DNA of 63,690 bases, the filler included, from Microthyrium microscopicum (lineage: Eukaryota): the NCBI GenBank assembly GCA_010405405.1. It is 14 parts of 4 records of this genome, joined end to end, with 100 filler letters (N's around TTAATTAATTAA, not from the genome) between each part and the next. Parts side by side here need not be neighbours in the genome. Positions count along the whole stretch, not along the records: positions 39,774 to 42,613 come from MU004231.1; positions 42,714 to 45,258 come from MU004231.1; positions 45,359 to 51,310 come from MU004231.1; positions 51,411 to 52,751 come from MU004232.1; 10 more parts are not named here. One strand, 5' to 3'. Shown here piece after piece: positions 39,774 to 52,286 of this stretch. Positions within the stretch are counted from its first letter, which is position 1. Every line of letters starts with the position of its first letter. Made by a program: the position numbers and the translations under genes. The notes beneath the pieces were generated by a model that was not told the DNA's origin, did not search any database, and worked only from the letters and a program-made list of their open reading frames with translations.

Positions 39774-41350
39774 ACTTAAACTTATTTAAAGATAAAGAGG
39801 AGCTTATACTTTAGTAGTAGAAAATTAAGAGAGTTAAAAAGAGAGTCTAACTCTAGCATTCTAATACTCTAATATAGTACTAATAAATATAAGCTAGAGT
39901 ATATTAAATAAGATATTAATAAGTCTAAAAATCTTAATAATCTTCTACTTTAGTATATAGTTTAGCTTAATTTTAGTTATAAGTTTATTACGTATTATAG
40001 CTACTATAGATAGCTATTTATTTAATTTAAATAATAGTAATAGGTACCTAAATATAATATAGAATATAATAGCTATAAGTATAAGTAAGAAGGAGTATAG
40101 TAGAGTATAGGAAATATATTAAGAATATTAGTAGAAAATAGAACGCGTAAAAGTTAAGTTTAGTTTAATAATAGTAATATTCTAGTAAGTTTTAGTTTAG
40201 TTATAACTTTAGAGATATTTAGCTCTAAATCTATTAATAGTACTATCTAATATTCTTCTCTATTTAGCTACTAAAAGCTTTTATAATATTATTATTAAGC
40301 TACTAAAGAATAATAACTTCTAAATCTTTTAAAAAAGCTCTTCTTACTAGCTACTAAAGATAAAAACTACTTCTCTCTACGTTACTATTAATAAAAAGTT
40401 ATAATTAAGCTTATTACGCTAGTTTTATTACCTAAAGAATTAAATACTTTCTAGTTAGTAGTTATTAAGTTTACTACTAAGAACTAGCTTTATTATAATA
40501 AATTAAGCTATAGAAAATTCTTTACTCTACCTATAGCTTTAAGTTTTAATATTATAATATATAATAAATACTTTTATTAAATATATATTTAGTATAAGAA
40601 AGCTAAATATACTAGGTAAGGTACTTAGTTACTATATCTTTTTAATAATATAATATAGAAAGATACTTAAACCTTTAGAGTCTCCTATTCTTATTAATAG
40701 CTTCTATATCTTATTTTAAGAGTACTCTAAATAATAAATACTATCTTTTTAATATATACTAAAATATTATAATTCTAAACTAATAAAGTATAGTAACTAT
40801 TTTAAAGATAAAGCTTTATAAGCTATACTTATACTAGCTATAAAGATAAATTAGTAGTATTATAATACTTATAAATTAATAATTAAACTAGATATTAGCT
40901 ACTACTATATATAGTAAGCTATACTTTTTAAGTTTCTATTTTATACTAATATACTAGAAAATTAGTTATAAATATAGTTAATTAGTTCTACTATATTTAT
41001 AGCATTAAGTAGAAGAAGTATTACTATTTATAGTAGAATAAGAATTAATTAGTTACTAAAGCTAACGTAATTATTAATTAAGAGCTAGCTAGAAGATAAT
41101 AAATAGTACTAGCAAAGTAGGTTTAATATATAAAAGAAGTAAAATAGAAGCTAATTAACTAATATTAATATACTTATTTATAATAACTTAAAAAGATTAA
41201 GTATTAACGTCTAGAACGTACTATACTAAAAGAAACTTAGTTTTATACTTACTAAGACGTAAAGAGTAGATCTAAAAGCTCTAACTATAAAGTCCTACTT
41301 ACTTAAAGATAGAGAAATTAAAGATATTCTAATAAGACTATAAATTTTAT
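39774..41350 (+). pseudogene. RIP-inactivated RBR/IBR-domain E3 ubiquitin ligase gene
   Basis: At ~40330-40620 the frame reads KLFLLATKDKNYFSLRYY**KV...KELNTF*LVVIKFTTKN*LYYNKLSYRKFF...IYNKYFY*IYI*YKKAKYT. De-RIP this is LF..ATKDE.YFPLRCC...EF.TKNRLYC....C.KF....C.KC...C..CKKA.H, the RING1-IBR signature of fungal RBR proteins. Boundaries are approximate. Confidence 0.65.
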
Positions 41351-42713
41351 TAGGCTTATATTAAACTTTTACTCCTACTTTCCTTAAATAGTATATTATC
41401 TATATCTATATCTTATTCTTTTTCTTTATTTATTTAAAAAGAAATACCTTATATTTTTATATAATAACTATCTTCTTATTATAAGCTTTACTATTTATAG
41501 CTAAGAAGAAAAAATTTTTATTATACTCTAACTAAACTATAATATAGTATATATTATATAAATAGCTATAGATTTAGTACTTTATAAATATTTTAATATA
41601 TATTAAAATACTATGCCTATACTTTTTCTTTTATTATTAGTACTAGTACTAATAGCTTAACTACTTTTAGAAGGACGCTAAGGCTTTACTTAAGAATTTA
41701 GTTTTTATATACTTATATAGTAATAATTTACTTATCTACTTCTAGAACTATATCTTACTAAGAAGAGTCTAGTAATATAGTATTTATAAGTTAGCTAGTA
41801 GTTTATTTAGTAGAATTAAGGTTTTACTAATAGATAGTATAAAAGTCTAGGTAAACTTTATACTTAAGTTTAGTTTAATTAGTTTCTAAGGAAGATTTTA
41901 CGTTTAAGTTTAGAGTATTATTATTATTCTCTTTTAGCTTAGGAGTTAATTTAGCTAGTATAATAGCTTTAAGAAGTTAAGGAGTAGTCTAGAATTCTAA
42001 GTATTTATAATTTATATTTTTTAGATAAGAATATACTTTAAATAAGGGTACTAAGAAAGTTAAGTATAGTTTTTAGTTATCTTAAAAACTATAGTATATA
42101 GTTTATAGTAGAATTAAATAAAAGATATAATAATATTATAATAAGTAGTAGTAAAGCTATTAACTAACTAAGTAAGTTATTATAAATAAAGAAAGTTATT
42201 AGAAACTAAAATAATAAAGATATATAATAAAGGTAAATAGCTACTATTTTAATTATTACTATAAATAGTAGATAATTATTAAGTAATATTTAGATCTAGT
42301 AACTAAATAAGCTCTCTATAGAAGCTTAAGGTAAAGTATAAAAAAGATATATATATATTAGAAATAAAATAAAGAAGCAAAATAAGTTTAGATTATTATA
42401 AGTACTAAAAAAAAAGGATTTAAAATTAATAGCCTATTATTTTATTTAAAGAATTATAAATTAAAAGCTATTAAAAAGAATAAATAATTTTACTTCTTAT
42501 ATATATACTATTCTATATAAATATATATTCCTAAAGTTCTTAAGTTAATTTATTTTATTATATTCTATATTATACTAACTATTATATTTAAGTCTATAAC
42601 TAATATTAACGAANNNNNNNNNNNNNNNNNNNNNNNNNNNNNNNNNNNNNNNNNNNNTTAATTAATTAANNNNNNNNNNNNNNNNNNNNNNNNNNNNNNN
42701 NNNNNNNNNNNNN

Positions 42714-45258
42714 TTATAGTTATTATTATTATTCTAAATTATATTCTTAATATAATTAGTAAGATAGTAGATTATCTAAACGTATTAACTAAGTTAAAAG
42801 TTAGTTTATTTTATTACTAGTATAGTATATTCTTAATATAACTTTTCTATAATACTAAAATTAGTTCTATTTATAGTACTAAATATATAAATAGATAGTA
42901 TAAAATAAATTAGATTATAGAACTTAAGGAAATTAAGCCCTTTAAACTTAGCTTAAGGAATCTTATACTTATATATTACTATTTTAGTATATTCTATAAT
43001 TTATAAATAGACTTATATATATTTAAGTATATTCTTATTATATAACTTATAGTTAGAAAGTATAATAATATCTATTAAAGTTTTAATAAATTTTATTATA
43101 ATTAGGTTTTTTAAAATTAAGAGTAAAGCTAAAGCAACTATAAGTTACTTTAAAAGTATTTATAATTCTAGGCTAGTCTTTTATTAAACGTTATAGTAGC
43201 CTTAGGCTATTCTTAGAAAGCCTAAATAAATAGGATACTATAGAAACCTATAGTTAATTATAAACTTTACTTTTATACTAAATATAGACTTCTTCTTTTT
43301 CCTTTTTTACTTAGTTTTTAATATATTACTATCTTTCCTCTTAATCTTTAGTATTTTATAAGTATAAGTTTTTTATATAGCTTTATTATTCTTTATTTTA
43401 ACTACTAGTACTATAAATATTACTAATACTCTCTTTTCTAAAATAATTTAAGCTATCTAGTCTATTACTTACTTAACTAGTTTATTTAAAAAGAATATAT
43501 ATAGTAAATTAAAAGTAATTATTATATAAATATTTAATAAAAGATAATTTTAAGTAAAATTATAAATTTTATAAATATAGTCTTTACCTTTAGTATTATT
43601 AATAGTAATAAGCTACTTAGTATACTTTTTTTTCTAATTAGCGTAGTAAAGTACTTTCTACTTTAATATATTTTCTTATAAAGTTATATAAGTCTAATAA
43701 GCTTATTTACTAGTAAAGTCTTATTAATATAGTTATAGTATTAAGTAAATAAAATAGTAATATTTAGACTAGATACTTATAATTATAATAAGCTTTTTAT
43801 AATCTATACTTATATAAGTAAGAATTAAAAGATACTTTTAAAACTAGCTATTAGTAGTTACTATAATATAACTACTCTTAAAGACTATTCTAAGTTCTAT
43901 ATTTTATTAGTAAATAGCTTTATAATACTTAAATACGTAGTATTAAACCTTTAAATATAATATCTATAATATTATAAAATATTTTAAGTTTATTATTAAT
44001 ATCTATACCTTTTAGCTTAGGAAGTATTATAATAAAGAGAAATCTTAGTCTTCTTATAGCTCTTCTAATACTTCTTAATAAATTAAAAATAGTTATATAG
44101 TAAGCCTATATATAGTTATTACTACGTTATTTAGATATTATAGTCTTATTTAATCCTTAATAGATAGAGATAAGTATAATACCTAAATTAACCTTATTTT
44201 ATAATTCTTACTACCTTTCTACTAATTAAGTATTAGTATAGATATACTTACTATCTTTATTCTTTTATATTATAGGCTTAAAGTAAAGGTCTTTAGTAAA
44301 AAGCTTATAAGAGATAAAGAATTTAATAACTTTTAAAATACTTTAAAAGTATACTTTAACTTTATTACTTAGAAGATTTTTAATACCTTTTATTTTATTA
44401 TATAGTAGCTCCTTAAGTATTACTTTCTACTAGCTAGGTATAAAGCCTTTAAAGTTATTAATATTTTCTATTAGTAATTTATAATTCTTTACTTTTTAAC
44501 TAAGTAAGTTACGTATTTTACTCTTAAAGGCTATTCCTTAAAAGAACTTATTTACTTTATTCTTTAATATACTACTAGAAATTACCTAACTAGTAAACTC
44601 TAGTTCTTCTTCTAGTTAACTCTATAGCTTTACTCCTCTATAGAGCTTTTCTTTCTTTAAATAATAATATTAGTACTCTATTTTAATAGTATCTTAAAGT
44701 AATAGCTTATGCTTATTAATTTAGTTATAGCTTTTATTAGTTTTATAGGCTAGTATAGGTATATTTACTAAATATCTTAAATTTTATTATAAGTATATAA
44801 TAACTTTATTAACTATATATTATATACTACTCTTAGACTTTTAAGACTTATTAGCCTTATCTATCTTATTTTATAAATTATATTTATACTATATTAGAGT
44901 AGTAACTTTTTCTATAGCTTTAAGGATAGCTAAAGATAAAAGTATAGTAAAAGGTATAATTATCTTATTTTTTATTATAGGTATTTTAGACGTAGTATAG
45001 TTATAACTAGAATAAGTAATAAATCTTATACTAATAAAGAAACTATTTATAGAAAGTTTTCTTACTAGAGTTTTTATTACTAGTATTAATCTTTATATTT
45101 AATTAAAGGGCCTTTAGAGGTAATTATAAAGATTTATAGTAAAAAAGAACTATATACTATTTAAAAAACTTAATATACTTATATTTAAAAAGATTAGTCT
45201 ATAAGAATAGTAATATAACTTATTTAGATTAAATATATACTAAGAGATTAAAATATAT
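42714..45258 (-). pseudogene. RIP-inactivated Plavaka-type transposase
   Basis: The minus frame at ~44000-44600 reads VYF*SILKVIKFFISYKLFTKDLYFKP...KYIYTN...ER**EL*NK...IILISIY*GLNKT...I*AYYITIFNLLRSIRRA...FIIILPK. De-RIP this is F..P...RIYT....WW.LQ...T.IPI...SDKT.....AW..YMTI.NL...RR....LP, the Plavaka core. The SDKT codons are at 44142-44153. Confidence 0.7.
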
Positions 45259-48200
45259 NNNNNNNNNNNNNNNNNNNNNNNNNNNNNNNNNNNNNNNNNN
45301 NNTTAATTAATTAANNNNNNNNNNNNNNNNNNNNNNNNNNNNNNNNNNNNNNNNNNNNAGATAAGTCTTTTAGTAGTAGCTAAGTATTTCTATTATTTAT
45401 TTATCTAGATTTATTTAGAAAGCTAATAAATACTAATAGATATATAAGTCTTAGACTATTTTAGAAACTTCTTTTCTTTACCTTACTAGTTATAATAATA
45501 TAATTACTTAGAAAAGCTTAATAGGTAACGTAGTATTATATAATATACTAGTATTTATCTCTTTTATTCTATTTTATCTCTACCTTATTATATATATAAG
45601 CTAATATAATAGTATTAAAGTAGATTCTTTTAACTATAGCCTTTCTTAAGCTATAAGTAATAAAGACGCTATACTAGGTTATTTTTATTTATAGAAACTA
45701 AGATAAGCATAAATATATAATTTACTACTTTCTAATATAGACTAAATATCTATTCTTAGCTTAAGCAATTATCTTCTTAGTAATTACTTTATATATAGTA
45801 TAAATATAAATAAGCTTTCTTTATAATTTATATAATCTAGTTTACTAGTTTCTATACCTTAGTAGCTATATATAGCCTTTAAATAACTATTTCTTTCTAA
45901 GCTTATTATTATAATACTAATAACCTTATTAATAGATCTAGTCTATTATAGAGTTTATATTTACCTATAAGGAAAAGTAAATAAGAACTTATACTAAGCT
46001 AAGGTTTATATAATAATAGAGTTATTAAATTAACTATAAATAAACTAACCTTAGCTACTCTTAATAGTAAGTATAACTTAGATTCTTAGCTAGATTATTA
46101 AAATAGTACTAATAAGCAAAGTATAATAAGTAATAAGCTTTAGAACTATTACTATAAAGCATATCTAGAAGAGGCGTTACTTAAGTTTCTAACTATAGTA
46201 ATTAATATCTTAAAGGTACTAACTATATCTAAGTATAACTAATTCTATAAGAATATAAGTTTATTCTTATATCTTCTTAAATATAGTATATATAAGATTT
46301 AGCTAACTTTAAAAACTACCTAAATATAGCACTATATTAGTTAGTATAGAATTACTATATCTAAATAGTTAAAGGTATTATTACTAAATATTTAGACTAA
46401 GTAAGATATATACTAGTTAGTACTATTTAATTTTATATTCTTAAGATTATCTAAGACTAAGAAACTAGATATATAGAAGTTTGCTAAGTAGCTAAGAAAA
46501 GATAGTAACTTTACTAGATTATATAAGCGTAGTAAAAATAGAGAAAGTAGACTTTATATAAGTTTATATTTTTAAATAAGACTAAATTATAATTATATAT
46601 TAATAATACCTCTAAGAATATATATTATTTATTAGTAAAATAATCTTCTTTCTTATTAATAACTTACTATTTTATTTACGTGCTAGTTATAAGTATAAAA
46701 CCCTTATATTTAGCTAGGGTAGAAAATATTCTAGAGACTACTAAGCTATAAAGATTATAGAATTACTATTTTTAAGTAAACTTATTATATATATCTATAT
46801 ACTTATTAAGCTACGTATAGAGACTATTACTTAGAAAGTTAATAATTTTTAGTATAATTTATCTATATATTAAAGTAATTTAGATTATTAAATAAATAAT
46901 ATAATACTAATTAGTAATTATAATAAGTTATTAAAAATAGCTTAAATAATAGAACTTATAACTACCTTATTTAAAATAAAAAATAAGCTTACTTATTTAA
47001 AAAACTATTAGAGATCTTATATTATATAAAACTAGAGTATAATATAAAGAGTAATAAAAGCTAATACTAGACGTATATACTTCTAACTATAATAATATTA
47101 ATAAGCTTTATAAAGTACGTTCTTTAAAAAACTAGTAATAATTTTACTAATATTACTATTTAGGCAAAACTTTAGCCTATATAGGAAAATAATTATAATC
47201 TACCTACTTAAGAAGATAATAAGAACTAGGACTCTTTTAAGCTACTATAATATTTAGAGCATAAGTAAAGTAGTTTTAAAGCTAGGTTTAATAAGTAATA
47301 TAGATATAAAGAATATATTCTATAGTCTAAGAAAGTAGTATTATATAGTAAGTTCTTAGCTAATAATAGGTATAAAGTAGATAATAAGTAGAATAATTCT
47401 AATTATATAGACCTAATAGGTAAGTCTTATATATTTAAGTAAATATATAGGCTTTAATTACTAATAAATTATATAAATAGAACCTAATAATAAGAACTAG
47501 CTAGAGAGAATATATATTTAGTTTACTAAACTAGAATAGATAGAAACTAAGCTACTAAACCTTAGAGGCCTTCTAACTCTTTAGAATATTATAGACGCTA
47601 CTAATAATAAGAAAGATCTAAATTATACCCTATTATTCTATCTTATAGGTAAGGACTTAAGCTAAGAAGAAGAGATATAGATTATAAATAATAGTAAGAA
47701 GAATATAGTATTATAGAACTTAATCTTAATATACCTATAATAAGGTAGTCTATAAAGTTAAGATCTAATACTATAACGTAGTAAAGTATTTAATTCTAAT
47801 AGAGATAAGTAGGGGCTTTTAATCCTTTTAGATAATCCTAGATAATCCTAGACAATTCTAGGTATTTAGGTAATTATTCTAGTAAGGCTAGTTTNNNNNN
47901 NNNNNNNNNNNNNNNNNNNNNNNNNNNNNNNNNNNNNNNNNNNNNNNNNNNNNNNNNNNNNNNNNNNNNNNNNNNNNNNNNNNNNNNNNNNNNNNNNNNN
48001 NNNNNNNNNNNNNNNNNNNNNNNNNNNNNNNNNNNNNNNNNNNNNNNNNNNNNNNNNNNNNNNNNNNNNNNNNNNNNNNNNNNNNNNNNNNNNNNNNNNN
48101 NNNNNNNNNNNNNNNNNNNNNNNNNNNNNNNNNNNNNNNNNNNNNNNNNNNNNNNNNNNNNNNNNNNNNNNNNNNNNNNNNNNNNNNNNNNNNNNNNNNN

Positions 48201-49859
48201 NNNNNNNNNNNNNNNNNNNNNNNNNNNNNNNNNNNNNNNNNNNNNNNNNNNNNNNNNNNNNNNNNNNNNNNNNNNNNNNNNNNNNNNNNNNNNNNNNNNN
48301 NNNNNNNNNNNNNNNNNNNNNNNNNNNNNNNNNNNNNNNNNNNNNNNNNNNNNNNNNNNNNNNNNNNNNNNNNNNNNNNNNNNNNNNNNNNNNNNNNNNN
48401 NNNNNNNNNNNNNNNNNNNNNNNNNNNNNNNNNNNNNNNNNNNNNNNNNNNNNNNNNNNNNNNNNNNNNNNNNNNNNNNNNNNNNNNNNNNNNNNNNNNN
48501 NNNNNNNNNNNNNNNNNNNNNNNNNNNNNNNNNNNNNNNNNNNNNNNNNNNNNNNNNNNNNNNNNNNNNNNNNNNNNNNNNNNNNNNNNNNNNNNNNNNN
48601 NNNNNNNNNNNNNNNNNNNNNNNNNNNNNNNNNNNNNNNNNNNNNNNNNNNNNNNNNNNNNNNNNNNNNNNNNNNNNNNNNNNNNNNNNNNNNNNNNNNN
48701 NNNNNNNNNNNNNNNNNNNNNNNNNNNNNNNNNNNNNNNNNNNNNNNNNNNNNNNNNNNNNNNNNNNNNNNNNNNNNNNNNNNNNNNNNNNNNNNNNNNN
48801 NNNNNNNNNNNNNNNNNNNNNNNNNNNNNNNNNNNNNNNNNNNNNNNNNNNNNNNNNNNNNNNNNNNNNNNTATTATAAATATATACTAGTTCTAGCTAT
48901 TAATATTACTTAAGTAATAGAGTATATTAGACTTATTTAAGAATTCTAATTATTTATCTTATTTAAAGAATATCCTTTATTAGCTTTATAGAAGTACTTT
49001 AATAGTTTATCTTATTTTATTAATTTAAACGCTATAAGTAGTTTTAGTTCTTATTTCTATTTAATATATCTTAAATTAGTAAATTTATTCTAATTATTCT
49101 ATATATTTTAAACGAATTAGATGTTAAGTTAAGTACTTAGATATAGGACTACGTATTATAGTAATAAGTAGTTATAGTATTATTAGATAACTTAAATTAA
49201 TGATAATTTTTTTACGATATACTTTACTTTGCTATATCTAAGATTATTAAGGAAGAAAGAATAAGCGTACTATTAGCTATTACTTAGTTTATAGCGTATA
49301 AGATTAAATAGAGCTTTAATAAGTATACTATAGTAATTAAATTTAACTATAAAGATCTTATCTTTAGCTATTAAGCTATAAATAGTACTAGTTTAGTATA
49401 GAGACTTAATATTTCTAAGTCTCTAGATTATAATAGAGTTAGTATATAAAAAGACTACGTTTAATATATTAAAAAGATAATATTTATATTAAACTCTAAC
49501 TCTTAAATATTATAATATTAATATTTATTTCTAGAGAACTAAAGCTTACTAGTTTTATAAAATAGTACTATAATCTTACATTAAAGAATACTTAAATAAG
49601 AAGATATAGCTTTTAGTAATTCTATATTATAGTTTAATATAAAGAAAAGATAGAGATAAATTTAGTATATAAGTATTTAACTACATAAGTAATTTAGAAT
49701 ATAAGTTTTTAGAATAGAAAGAAATATAGCTAATAAAGAGGCTAATAAATAGTAATATAATTAACTACGTAATTTACTATTATAACTTTAGAGAATAAAG
49801 ATATTTAAAAAGAAATAAATAATATACGCTACTAGGCTACTTACTATATTACTTAAACT

Positions 49860-50530
49860 TTAATAAAGATATACCTTTAAATATAGTACTAAAGAAAAAA
49901 GTAGTCTTATTATTATTAAGTACTCTACTATATTTCTTAATAAACTATAATAAGAAAGTATTTAATAGTAGTACTATAAAAAATAAGTATAAGTAAGAAT
50001 AGATAGTATACTATATCTTTTAATAGTTTATAATAAGAAAGTATTTAGTAGTAGTACTAAGAAAAATAAGTATAAGTAAAGATAAGTAGTATACTATATT
50101 TCTTAATAGTTTATAATAAAGAAATATTTAGTAGTAGTACTAAGAAAAATAAGTATAAGTAAGAATAGATAATATACTATATCTCTTAATATTTAAAAGT
50201 AAAAAGATATTTAGTAGTAATCTAAAGGAAAAATAAGTATAAGTTATAGTATATAATATATAGTATCTCTTAATATTTAAGAGTAAAAAGATATTTAGTA
50301 GTAATCTAAAGAAAAAATAAATATAAGTTATAGTATATAATATATAGTATCTCTTAATATTTAAGAGTAAGAAGATATTTAGTAGTAGTCTAAAAAAAAA
50401 CAAGTATAAGTTATAGTATATAATATATAGTATCTCTTAATATTTAAGAGTAGAAAGATATTTAGTAGTAGTCTAAAGGAAAAATAAGTATAAGTTATAG
50501 TATATAATATATAGTATTTCTTAATAGTTA
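49860..50530. repeat. Tandem minisatellite, ~84-bp unit, ~8 copies
   Basis: Anchors recur at 49886, 49971, 50053 and 50137 (GTACTA) and at 50221, 50305, 50389 and 50472 (TCTAAA). Confidence 0.9.
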
Positions 50531-50699
50531 ATAAGTTAGCAACAACTTATAGTAAGTATTAAGAAATAAGAAATATACGTATTATTAGCTACTAAAATAC
50601 TAGTTAATAGCCTATAATAAGAACTTTGTTTAAAATAATCTTTACTACACTAGGAAGTATATATTTATAGTTAATATATTAGTTTACTATTAGGTATTA

Positions 50700-51310
50700 A
50701 GAAGGTTTTAGCAGTAGTATTTAGGAAGAAGATATAGTCTTATATTATATAAATAATACTATTAGAAGAAGGCTAGTAAATAAACTTTTAGTAATAATCT
50801 TTAGAGAGTAAGATATATTCTTATATTATATAAATAATACTATTAAAAAAAAGCTAATAAGTAGACTTTTAGTAGTAATCTTTAGAAAGTAAGATATATT
50901 CTTATATTATATAAATAATACTATTAAAAGAAGGCTAGCAAGCAGACTTTTAGTAGTAGTCTTTAGAGAGCAAAATATAGTCTTATATTATATAAATAAT
51001 ACTATTAGAAGAAGGCTAGTAAGCAAACTTTTAGCAGTAATCTTTAGAAAGCAAGATATATTCTTATATTATATAAATAATGCTATTAGAAGAAGGCTAG
51101 TAAGTAGATATTTAGTAATAGTTTTTAGGGAGAGATATAATAGTATTTAGCGTAGCGAATTATATTCTTAGAATAAAGCTAGTAAGTAGATTTTAGTAAT
51201 AATCTTTAAAGAGGAATATAATAGTATTTAGCGTAGTAAATTATATTCTTAGAATAAAGCTAGTAAGCAAATTTTAGCAATAGTCTTTAAAGAGGAATAT
51301 AATAGTATTT
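50700..51310. repeat. Tandem minisatellite, ~81-bp unit, ~7.5 copies in two subtypes
   Basis: The TTTAG(C/T)A(G/A)TA anchor recurs every ~81 bp from 50707. The unit sequence switches subtype near 51110. Confidence 0.9.
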
Positions 51311-51429
51311 NNNNNNNNNNNNNNNNNNNNNNNNNNNNNNNNNNNNNNNNNNNNTTAATTAATTAANNNNNNNNNNNNNNNNNNNNNNNNNNNNNNNNNN
51401 NNNNNNNNNNATAAATATATATAATAAGT

Positions 51430-51640
51430 AAAATAATATCTTAATTCCTTATATAAGGTATCTTCTTATAAAGGGTAGATATCTTAACGTATTTTAATAA
51501 ATAATATCTTAATCCTTTATATAAGGTATCTTCCTATAAAGAGTAGATACTTTAATGTATTCTAATAAATAATATCTTAATCCTTTATATAAAGTATCTT
51601 CTTATTAAAGAGTAGATACTTTAACGTATTTTAATAGGTT
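51430..51640. repeat. Tandem repeat, 68-bp unit, 3 copies
   Basis: AATAATATCTTAAT at 51432, 51500 and 51568. Confidence 0.9.
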
Positions 51641-52286
51641 ATCTATAGAGCGTATACTATAAGAAAAATACTAAGTATTTTACTATAAGGTATTTTACTA
51701 TACGTATTCTCTTAAGTAGTCTTAAGGAAGGAATAGTATAGTAGGCTTTATATTTAAATTAGATAGCTATAGAAGTATACTATACTAGAGAATATAGGAT
51801 TAAGAAATAGAGAGAGCCTTTTAACTAAGAAGACTTACTCTATAGTAGTAGAACGTTATTCCTAAAGTAATACTTACTACTAGATTATTAAGATTTAGTA
51901 TAGTAAGACTACGTAGGTATAAAATTACTATGTAGTATAAGCTTAAATAATTACTATAAATTCTATATAATTTTAGGTTACGTAAAATAATAATTATTTA
52001 GCTAAATTAGCTAATTAATTTTTTTATTTTTTTATAAAAGAGCTAAAAAAGTATTATTCCTTTACTTACCTAGTTCTTAATATAGCTATAGAGTAGCTTA
52101 AGAAGACTTAGGTATGCGTATTACTTACTATATAAATTAGCTTAGTGCTACTTAGATATAATAGCTAGATTAGAGTTATAGTCTTACTCTTTCTTAATAC
52201 TAAAAAATTTTACTTTACTAAACCTTCTCTACTATAATTTTATTACCTAATTATATTAGTTATACTTAATTTAATAAGGGAAGACA

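Noticed and set aside
50140..50403. 87-aa repetitive ORF on the minus strand
   Set aside because: It is a chance stop-free reading of the RIP-mutated 84-bp minisatellite, with composition dominated by F/L/I/Y/N.
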